The notes beneath the pieces are model-generated. The model ran no database searches, was not told where the DNA came from, and saw nothing but the letters and a program-made list of their open reading frames with translations. Positions 37,229 to 49,200 of a DNA stretch of 56,079 bases are shown here, in pieces. Made by a program: the position numbers and the translations under genes. The stretch comes from a virus (Duplodnaviria; Caudoviricetes): IMG/VR virus record IMGVR_UViG_3300027736_000055, positions 1-56,079 of that record. The stretch is one strand, 5' to 3'. Every line of letters begins with the position of its first letter. Position 1 is the first letter of the stretch.

Positions 37229-40200
37229 ATGGCAGAAGAATTAAAACCAGTTAATCTACCAGGTTACCAACCTACTGAGTATACTCCAGTAGAAACAATG
37301 GTTCCTACTTTAAAGCCTACAGCAAGCTATGATGAGATTTTCAACAATCTTCTAAATCAGTCTGCTCCTAAAGACGCTAGCGCTATGCCTACTGTTTCTT
37401 CAGGAGATATAAACATGTCTGGTAGATATCCTAAATTCTTCACAGGATTAGATAATGAAGAGCTGTATGCTCAGAACCAATCATTTGCAGAAAAAGCATT
37501 TAATGGTGTAACAAAGATGGCAGGTATTGCTACATCTACATTTATCAATGGTACTGTAGGTATAGTTAATGGTATATATGAAACTTCCAAAACTGGTAAG
37601 TTTAATTCCTTCTATAATAACGATCTTAGTAATTCATTAAATGACTTTCAAGAATCATTAAATGATAAGTATGCGTTCTATAAAACAGAACGTGAAAGAA
37701 ATGGTAACTGGTGGGAACCATCTAATCTATTAACAGCAAACTTCTTATTTGATAATATTGTCAGCAACATGGGCTTTGCTCTAGGTGCTGGTGCTGCTGG
37801 TTTGGTTACAGGTGGACTATTAGGCACAGCATTGAAAGGTATAGCTAAGGCTGCTAGACTTACATCACTTGGTGTAGATAGTGCAGCTGCTGCAGAAAGT
37901 ATTGTTTCAGAAGCTGCAGGATTAAGTAATGCTGAAGCATTGTCTGCAGTTAACAGTAGATTGAATAGTTTATGGACTGCTACTAAATCAAAGATAGGCG
38001 CAGGTCTTCTTAAATCAGATAGAGCTATCACAGCTCTTACAGCAACCGCAGGTGAAGCAGGATTGGAAGCATTAAATAATTCCATCCAGTTCAGAACTCA
38101 AATGATCCAAGACTATAAGAAGAATTATGGTGTGGATCCAGAAGGTGCAGACTTAGAAAGGATTAATCAATATTCAGAATCAGTGGGTAACTTTAGCTTT
38201 GCTGCTAATACTGCATTGCTATCTGTAACTAACTATATACAGCTTCCTAAGATATTCTCTTCATCCTTTAAATCTGAGAAGGGTATATTAAATGGTGTTG
38301 CTAGACAAGCAGGTGAAGTTGTTTCTACATTACCTCAGAAAGGTTTTGGTAAGTTAATGTATGGAGGATATAAAGCTGCAAGTGCATTGTTTAGTCCTGC
38401 AGAAGCATTTGAAGAAGGTGCACAGTTCGCTATTCAAACTGGTACACAGAACTACTTTGCTAGAAAAACTAGAGGAGAGAAATCTACAATAGCAGATGAT
38501 GCTATTGGATACGGTATCAAAGAAGCATTGACAAGTGATGAAGGTTTATTAAACATCTTCACTGGTGGTGTATCTGGTGGTCTTATGACTATGGGACTAG
38601 TTGGTAAGAAAGATGGTAAGATAGCGTTTGGACAAACTGGTACATTAGGAGAAAGAGGATTGTTTGGATATGGTGGAGAACAAGCTAGACTACGTGACGA
38701 AGCTATTCCTGCATTACAAAAAACTAGACTTAAGCAAAACTTAATAGCTGCTAATAATAATATAAACACAGCTGAGTCAATTCAAGAAGATAGAAAAGAT
38801 GCAATCCTTGCTAATGATAAACTAGAGTCTAAAGATTTAGAGTTTGATTATGCTCATACATTTATTAGTACACGTTTAAAATACGGTGCTGAAGAAATGG
38901 TATATGAGGAGATTGATGAGATGCGTCAAGAAGCACTCACTGATTTTACTAAGTTAAAGAAAGAAGGTGTTACTGGCCAAGCTGATGATCAACAATCTTT
39001 CTTAGCTCGTTTAGACTTAGTAGAGGCTCAAACAAAACATGCTTCTCAACTTCAAAAGGCACTTGATCTTAAGTATTCTGGATTAGCTAATAAAGAAGGT
39101 AAGCGTCTTTACTCTGATAATACTATTGACAAGCTTGTATATGCTGCAGCTAAAGTTAATGATTACAATCATCGTATACCTCAACTATCTGTAGAGCTAG
39201 GTAAGTATAACATCTCATTAGAGAATATACTTGGAAGAGTAGTTCGTGGAGAAGATGTTACATTAGAAGAAGTTAATAAAGAGATTGCTGATCAACTTGC
39301 TGAGTACCAAAAAACTACACAGTTAACAGATACAGAAATTGCAGATGCTACTCAAGAGGGTATAGACTATTTTGAACTTGGATTACGTAGAAGACAATTT
39401 ATTGGTGAGTATAATGAGATCTTAAAGAACCCAGAAAACTTTGTAACCCCAGAGGAAGAAGATCTTGAGAAGACTACAGAAGAGAAAGCTGCTGAAAAGA
39501 AAGCTGCTGAAGAAGCTGTAAAGGGACCCACTGTTAAAATAAAGACACAGAGAGGTGATACAGAAGTTGAGATAGGTAAAGAATACTTTGTAGGTAACAA
39601 ATCCCAAACACCAAAAGGTAATGCTTTTTATGAGTTTACAAAGTTCACTGTATTAGCAGTTAATGAAGATGGTAATATAAAGGTACAGTTTCCTGATGGC
39701 AAGATGGGTGTTGTAGCTAAAGATGGTTTTGCCACTTACAAAATTGGTAAGGTAGAATCTGTACAAAACAATAAGAAAGCATTATTCTTTATAGAGAATG
39801 CAAACAATGTATATTCATTTAACTTTGGTAAAGCCAAAGGTGGTAAGGTACAAGGTAGACTTGAATATGATGAAGGTAAACTTAACTTTGTATTTAAAAA
39901 TGCTAAAGGTAAGATTGATAGTATTGAGCTACATGGCAAACACTTTGTTGCAAAGAAAGGATTCAAACAAGCTATTGTTGAGAAAGTAGGAACTCTTACA
40001 AAAGCAGAACAAAAGGTTCTTGATGATTTTACTAATGACAAGACTCCAGATCCTTCTGTATTAGAGAAGGTTGCTACTGTTGCAGGTACCATTGAAGTTA
40101 TCTTTGATGAGACTTTAGAAACATTAGAAGATACTAAAGATCTTATTCAACAAAAAACAGAAGAGCTTGGTAAGATTGAGAAACAGTTAGAAGAACTAGG

Positions 40201-43200
40201 TAAGAAGGTAGAAGGACCTAACACTGTTACAAGCAAAACAAAACGATTCAAAGCTACAACACATAGAACATTGCAATCGATCAAGCAACTAACAAAGATG
40301 CGTGATCAGTTACGTAAAGAACTATTCAATCTACAATCAGAACAAGAAGAACTAGAGATACGTCTAGAAGACTTAATTGTCACTGCAGAAGAGTTACAAG
40401 ATCAACCAGGTAACTACAGAGAGTTATATGACTCTATGAGAAAGCAACGTGAAGGTTTAAATGATGCCATCTTAGAAACTGGATTACAGATCAATAAGCT
40501 TTCCAACCTAATTGATATGGTTGAGAATGTTATTGAGAGTGCATATAAAGCTGCTAAGTCATTAATAGAAAAGTTCTTTGATAAGTATCCTGGAGTACCT
40601 TTAGATAGAGACGGCATCATTGCTTTCTTAAACAAGAACTTAGAAGATACTAAAGCTGAGAAAGCTATCACCCCTACGTCTGAAGCAGAGAAGATTCTTC
40701 CATACACTGCTATAGCTGCTGCATTATATGATGACATCAATCAACTAGATGCAGATCTTGCACAGATAGATGAAGCTGATGTTACTCCTAATGAGCCTAT
40801 TGCTAAACAGTTAAGAGATGAGTTACGTGCTCTTCAAGAAGAACTATCTAACTACGAGAAACAACTATCTGCTAAAGAAGGTACACTTAAGAGATTACGT
40901 GAACTATATAAACTACACAAGACAGAAGCTGATAAAGCTAGAGCAGTACAACTTGAGAAAGAGTTAAAGATCAATGAGGTGAAGGAGCAATTCCTTGGAA
41001 CTATTGATAACTCTATTCCCACTACCAATCATGATTCAAACTATGAACCAGATGATAAAAAGAGCTTACTTAATATTATCCGTGCTTCTATTGCTACCAC
41101 TAAAGCATTCCTTAAGAAAGATGAAACTTTAAGAGAGCATCATGTTCGTGCTAATAAGTTTGGTACACGTTTCGAAAGCTTCCGTAACAAAGACAACATA
41201 TACGGTGTACTAGTAAGTAAAGGTAACGGAGAAGATCGTAAAGGTAATGAAGAAGAGTTAGGTATGACAGGATTAATTGACCACATAGGTGGCAATGATC
41301 GTACTGTTGTATTAGTGATGGTGGAAGAGCAGAGCGATGGTTCTTTACTTCCTGTAGATGAGAATGGTAAAGCTATTGTAAGCTCAGAAGATAGAATCAA
41401 CAAAGGTATATACCAAGTACGTCCTGATCCTAAACTTCGTTGGAGTAATGGTGAAACCATGTTCCGTGAAGAAGATAAACCAATAGAAGAAGAAGTTAGA
41501 AAGGTATATGCTAAAGAGATTGATTACATATTAAACAATCCTTCTCTTAATAAATACAAGATAACTCCATCGTTTGGTAATGCTGACTATGTAACTCATC
41601 CAGATCAGATCAATCCAAAGACTAATAAACCTATTAGAAATCGTCAGGCTAAGACAACTCTTAAGGCTGCAGGATTAATTAAGGATGATGAGAAGAATGA
41701 TGATCTTCGTGAGAAGAAGTTAATATACATCCCTACAACTAATGATCGTGTAGAGAAAGGATCTACTAGCTACACTGACGCATTAGGTAGAGTGTTCTTA
41801 GACTTAGGTAATGCTTATGTTAAGTTAAAGAATGCTCAGTATAATAATGCTAAAGCCACGGCTATATATGATGCTGTATTACGTCTTGCTAGTATTGGTA
41901 AGATAAAAGGTAGTACAGAAGCTAACGACTTAGTTTCTTGGTTACGCACTGTAGTATATTGGGGTACTCCTAAAGAGAAGCTTTCTTACAATAGCTTGTT
42001 CTTTGAAGATACAGATGATGGATTAAAGTTATTCATCTCTGGTAAAGGAAGTAACATTCCATTTACACCAACATCTATTAAAGCAAACAAAGATAATATC
42101 ATTGCATTGCTTGAAGAGATGTATCATAATGTTAACTCTCGTCAAGCTACATCTGATTCAGAATATAACAAACCTTACACTGAGATTATAAGTGTATCTG
42201 AAGGTGGTAAGATGGTAACTCGTCAATGGCCTAACTATCAGTCATACTTAATGTCTGATAAGAACCCAGATGGATCTCCTAGAAACATCGATGAGATTCC
42301 TTTAACCACTGAGATTAAACCATTAGAGAACGCTGAGGATTCAAACAGAGAAGGTATATACTTTATCATGGATGATTTAAACATCGATGAATATAGTAAA
42401 GCAATAAATAAGAAACAACCTAAGAAAACATTAGGAACAAAAGCTGCTAAAGAGACAGTAACCACTGCACAGGCAAAAGCTGCCTCTACTGCTGTTGCAT
42501 CTGAGTTTACATTAGATGGTGAGACAGACAACACTGTTTCAATGTTCAAGGGTGAGGTAGAGGTTAAGTTCAAGGTTAATCAAGATGAGTTTTATAATGA
42601 AGATGGTACAGTTAACATTGAGTCTGTTGAAGTAGTTAAAGGACAGAAGTTCTTAAATGACAAATACAACAGTGATAATGATAAGATATTAGCAACTATC
42701 AGAGGATTCATTGCTAGTAAGGTTAAACCTCAAGTGGATGATTATCTATCTGGTCCTATAGAAGAACAAATTGCACCAGCTCCTGAACCCACTGAGTTTG
42801 TATTAGATGGTGAGACATCTAATCTTCTCACTATGTATAAGGGTAAAGTGGTAATCACATTTAAAGTAAATGCTAATGAGTTCTATGATGAGAACGGTAA
42901 TGCTGTTATTGAAGAAGTTGTAATTGTATCAGGATATGATGAGTTACAGAAAAACTTTCCAGAAGCAGATAAAGATGATCTCATTGCAAGAGTTAGAGGA
43001 TTTGTTGCTGGTAAGGTTAAACCTTTTGTAGATGCAGAGTTAGAGAATAAAGAAGACATCCCACAAGAACCTATAGTTAGTTCTGCTACTCCTGATGAGG
43101 TGAGTATCGAAACAACTGATGAGATGGATGATATTGATCCTAACAATCTACCTACCAAGGAATATCGTATGGCAGTATTAAATGCTAACGAAGAGAAACT

Positions 43201-46200
43201 TGAAAGAGAGAACTGGGATGAGATTGAGAGCTGGTTAAAGACAACGTTCCCTAACATTCCTGTATACCGTGTTAAGAGAATGATTCAAGCGTCTAACGGT
43301 AGACAAGCTTGGGGTATGTACAAAGATGGAGCCATCTATGTATATGAGAACGCATTGGCTGGTACAGCATATCACGAGGTGTTTGAAGCTATTTGGGATA
43401 CATTAGTAACTCCTAAAGAGAAGTCACGCATCTATAAAGAAGTTAAAGCTAGAGAAGGTTCTTTCTTTGATCGTGAGACTGCTAAGCAAGTTAAGTATTC
43501 CACTGCTACTAATCATCAGATAAAAGAAGCTCTTGCAGAAGAGTTAATAGACTATGTAAGAAAAGGTCAAAAGCCTGCAGGTCCTGCTAAGTCATTCCTT
43601 GAGAAGATATTTGATGACATCATCAACTTCTTTAAAGAGATGTTCTTTGGTGAGAAGGGTAAGAACAATACAGAGAAGTTATTTGAGAAGATAGGGAATG
43701 GATACTACGCACAGTATAATCCATATCAGTCTAAGTTATCGTTTGCTAAAGCTGGCTTTATTGATATTGACAATGCTATTGCTAATGGTAATGAGGAATA
43801 TCGTTACGCCTTGATGGGCTTTACAGATGTTCAATGGGATGACTTGATGCAACAGATGACATACTTTACAGTATCTAACTTGTTGTGGGATCCTAATAAT
43901 CCTGACAAATCTATCTTTGATATCAACGTTAGAAAGAAGGCTGATCTATACGATAACTTAAAGAGTAACGTATTAGAAGAACTTAAGATGGCACGTGCTA
44001 TCTTGAAGAAAGAGAAAAGCACTCCTGCTACAGAAGCTTCTATCAAGAACTATGAATCATTATATCAGAACATCAAGAACAATTGGGATGCTATTGTAGA
44101 AAGTCACACTGACTATCTAATCCCTTATGAGATTGACTTTGATGAGAATGACAATGCTATCCTTCGTGATGAGAACAACTCTGGTAAGGAAGATTACAAG
44201 GATGCTAACAAGATTGATACATTTAGAAAAGCTAATACAGCTATCAAGTTATTCTTGGCAACTCTTCCTGTTGTAGATGCAGAAGGTATTACCGTGATGT
44301 CCACTGTAAACGGTCCACGCTTACAGCAGTTATCTAAGGTGAAGAACGACATACAGAACGTTGTAGATAAGTCTCGCAAACCTGATGAGATGATTGGTAA
44401 CATCAAGAAGCTTGCTGAACAAAACATCTCTTATAAGCTATTAGCTGAAAGGGTTACGTTTGGTATTAAGAACTTCTCTCTTGATAAGATGACTAATGTA
44501 GGTCAGACTAGTTTAATTACTGGTTTATGGAAGACGTTTGCTAAAACAAACCCTGAAGTTAAATATGTTTACATCCTATCTAATGGTGATGTAGTGATTG
44601 ATGATTCTAACTTCTCTACAGCAACAGATCAATCTATGCTTGACTTAGAAGCAGACTTGACAGTAGCATTGAGAGATCCTAGTAACAAGCTATTCACTTA
44701 CGACGCTAAGAAAAAAGGTGGAGGATACTTTGCAAACGCTGATTCGTTAGGACCAAAGCCTGATACTATTGCTGGAATGATTACATTCTTGAAGAGATTA
44801 GGTATAGAGTTTGATATCAAAGATATAGAGAAACGCCCTCAGTACAAGACTCAGTTCATGGAAGCTGTTGGTGGTATGCATGATAGTTTAAAAGAAGCTA
44901 AGAAGGTAGCAACTATTAGTGGTAGGTCATTAGAACTAAGAGGTAGATTAAGAGAGATAGCTCAGATTGAGGCAATGATTAAGAACCCAGAGTTTGATTC
45001 TACACACTATAACATTAATGGTGAGCTCACTCAAACGTTCATTGGAAGGAATGCACATAGTGACTTGTTTGATATGTTATCACAGATCAAGAATCTTGAT
45101 GAGCTACAAGGTACTCGTTATGAGTATTTAATGAACAATGCTGATAACTTCTCTCAGAACTCAGTTAAGATGGCAGAGATGTTCAATCGTAAGACTGGAA
45201 ACATTACAGTTGGACGTAGTCCAATGTTAATGAAGAATGGTTATTTCGATGGTATCTTTAACTCTGCTAAAGGTAAGAGAGTATCAGCATCTAAGATGGA
45301 CTACAGAGATCGTTTAGTTGCTCAGATAAACCTTGCACTTAAAGGATACTACTTTAACTTAGTTCCAGGTGATGCAGGAATGGAGCACATGTCTAACATG
45401 GGTAACTCTGTAGATCTTACTAAATCAATCTCTGCTCAGTTAGAGATGGCTAAACCTATCTTTAAAGGATACTTTATTGATGAGATAAATGTATCTAGAG
45501 AAGAAAGAAAGATTGTTATTCCTGAAGATAGTGGAAGAAAGAATACAGACTTACGTTTCTTAAAAGGTATCCTTGATAATTATGAAAAAGGTTTGCATGA
45601 TAAGATAGTTGCTGAGGGTAACCGTCAACTTTCTCCAACAGAACTTTATGACAAGTATGCTGATAAGATAGATGCAGCAATAGCTGAATATTTTGAATTT
45701 AGAGCTGCTACATTGTTAGAAACAATGGAAGACTATAACTTAGTTGAGCAGGAATCAGAGAATGTATTCAATGTAGAAAACATTGCATTTGGTGAAGACT
45801 TATCAAAAGATGAACTACAATCTAAACTACATTCACTTGTATTAAACTTTGCTATCAATAATATTGAGATGCATAAGCTTGTATACTCTGATCCTTATTT
45901 CTATAAAGATGAGTTGAAGCGTGTTAAGAACTTTAACTCACCTCACCAAGCATTGGCTGCAGGATCTGCTAATCTAAACACAGCGTTTGATAAAGTTTGG
46001 AATAAGCTTTATAAGACTGATAAGAAAGAAACTGGTGGATATAATAACATAGGATACACTGACTTCTTTAATGATAGTCTTGTATCTGCTACTCTTGAGG
46101 ATGTAAAAGCTGTTGCTGATATCAAAGGTCCTTGGGGAACTTACGGATCATGGGATGAAGGAGACGGTGGTGGAATGATTATGTTCCAAGGTCTACGTAA

Positions 46201-49200
46201 GCTTCGTATTGCTGCTGGTGAATGGGATAGTAACGACGAACGTCAGTATGTTTATGACATAGCTTGGGAGAAGGTTGATAAAGATCTATATGATCAATTA
46301 TCTGTAGAAGAAATAGAAGCATATGATAAAGGTAATCCTAAAGTTCAAAGTGCTTATACTCCTTACAAGCCTGTTGCTAATGGTAACAAAGATGATGGTA
46401 AGAAGTATAACGATATAGTTCTAGACAAGTTTGCATTGTTCCCTATATCATATAGGATAATGAAAGAGTTTAACAAGGAGGCAGATGTCAACTATGTTAA
46501 TCTATATAATAGAATGCAGTCAAGTGGTGTAGACTATGTAGTGTTTGGTAGTGGTAGAAAGGTAGGGTCTAATACAAAACATAAGCTATATGATAAGGAT
46601 GGAAACTTTGTAACTGATTCTTTTGGAACAGTGGAAGATGGTGGTATCAGTATCATACCTTTAACTATCTTGAGCAATCAAACAGACGTTCCTACTAAAG
46701 AAACATCTACTGTAACTACAGGATCTCAAGCGGTTAAGTTAATGACTCTTGATTTAATGGAAGGTGGTGTACCTGTTGACTTCATGCGTGATTCTGACTT
46801 TACTACTAAGTATCAAGAGTGGGTTGACTTAAGTGAAGATGAAAAACTAGAGACATCTAAGTTATATAAAGAGATAAAGAATAACCAAAAGATCGTTGAA
46901 GCCCTTATCAAAAATGGTATGGAGGACACAATGACTATATTGGGTATCACTAAAGAAGATGGCAAGTATGTAATCAAACCTGAGAATCGTACAAAGGCTT
47001 ACGATACATTACGTAAGGAGATGTTGAGGAGAGAGGTTAACAGCAACGTTATTGATTCGTTAGCAGGATTCTTGAATGGTGAAACAATCCTAGAAGCTAC
47101 ACCTGCTTACAGACAAATCAAGAACATCTTATACTCTATTGCTGACAAGAACATTGTATCTCGTACAATCACTGGAAGTAAGAAAGTACAGATGCCTTCT
47201 ACGCTATTAGAAACTCTACGTCCTAAGGAAGTAACTATCAATGGTAAGACTGGATATACATCAGACTACTTAAAGTTCTATGATCATCCTGGTCCTGACG
47301 GTAACCCTATTCGCGTATGTGAAATAGCAGTTAGAAGATGGTTTAAATCTGATAAGACAGATGATGAACTAATGGACTACTTCAATAACACTGAAGAAGG
47401 AAAAGCTCAACTAGCTGCTATCACTGGTATTGGATTCCGTATCCCTTCACAGAAGCAGAACTCTATTGACGTATTTAGAATAGCTAAGTTCCTACCTGAA
47501 GAGATGGGTGACGTAGTTATTATTCCTTCAGCATTAGTTAGAAAAGTAGGATCTGACTTTGACATAGATGCATTGTCTATGTACTTTAAGAACTTACGTA
47601 GAGGTAAGAATGGATATCCTGAAGTAATTAAATATTTAACTGCTGACAACTCTACAGTTCAAGAAAGATATTACAACTGGGTGATTGATAATGCTGATAA
47701 AGATGTAAGTAAATACATTCGGTTCTTAGCTAAAGGCGAAGTTGCTAAACTAAGAGAGCAGTTCAAAGAACAATTTAACAGCTTAAGCGAGAGCTATAAA
47801 ACTGCTGTAGAAGAATCAAAAGCTTTAAACTATGAAGAACTATTAGATAGCTACAAGTCTATTAAGCAAAAAATTAATGTTGCTCAAGATGGTTACATGG
47901 TAGAACTATTTGCACAAGGTTCTAAAATATTTAGAAAGCTAAGTGATGATCTTAAAGATAAAGTCTTTGAATTAAAGAAAGAGATGTATATGCTAAACAT
48001 TAACGGTCCTGAAGAAATCAGACGTTATTTAGCACTAGCTACAATCTTATCTAACCAATATTCTACATCTGCTCAAGATAAGAAGATATTGAACGATATG
48101 AGTTCCATATATCAAGAGGAGCTAAGAGTATTAGGTGCCACTCAAGAAGAGATTGATAAAGCAACTGCTGAAGCTCTTGCTGCATTCAGAGAAAACAAAT
48201 CAGCTTCTATCAAAGCTATTGGAGAAATGGTAGCTAATTTCAAACTAAATGAAGTCATACCACAACAAGAAGAACTCATCAATGCTCAGAAACTAGAGTT
48301 TGCTACAGAACTAGCAGAAGCTTCTGAATTAGATTCATTATCTAAGTTTGAGAGTTATCCTATTGAGATGCAGAATACTAAGAAGGCGTTACAGAATGCA
48401 TACATTCAGTCTTCTGAGAACTTAGTATCATCTGAAGAGAACTATGAGCAGTTAATTAAACCTAACTCTGCTGATGTATTAATCAAGTTAACAAATGAGT
48501 TGTTATCAGATAGAGGTAAGGTTAAACCAGATTATTCTAAGGTGGATACAATGTTAGTGTTAGAAGACATGGCACGTATCAGATACAACTTAGTTACTGG
48601 TAAACGATTAATTGGTATTGCAGCCCAAGCTCAAACTAACCACTCATTAAATCAACGTTTGTTATTCACTGTAGATCCTTCTCGTAGAGATAGGATTCCA
48701 GTAGAAGATAGAAAGTGGATGGGTGATGCTGAGATTAAGTTTAAGAAGTTTAACAGTGTGTTTGTTAATGGTGAGAAGAGATCTACATTATCCATGATTA
48801 AGGATGCTAATAATGACCTATACATCTCTGATGTTAATGGTATAATTATTGACGGCTCTGTGGATATTTCTAAGGATGACTGGTTGATGCAGATGGGTGC
48901 TACTCCTCAAACGATAGCTACATATCTATTCTTAATCAAAGAAGGAGTTCCTGTAAAAGATGTAGTTTATTTCATGAGTCAACCTATCATCCGTGACTAC
49001 CTAACAAAGTTAGAGAGTAAAGGATACTCGTACTTATTTATTGAGGACTATGTTGAGGAGTTAGAAGACTCAACCAATTATAATAAGAAGTCTAGTGCAG
49101 TGGTTAATAGTATTCCTTCTTTTGATAAGCTTCAAGAGATGATTAGAAAGGATAAGGATAAGTTAACTAATGATGAAGCAGCAATGCAACGTTTCATGTT

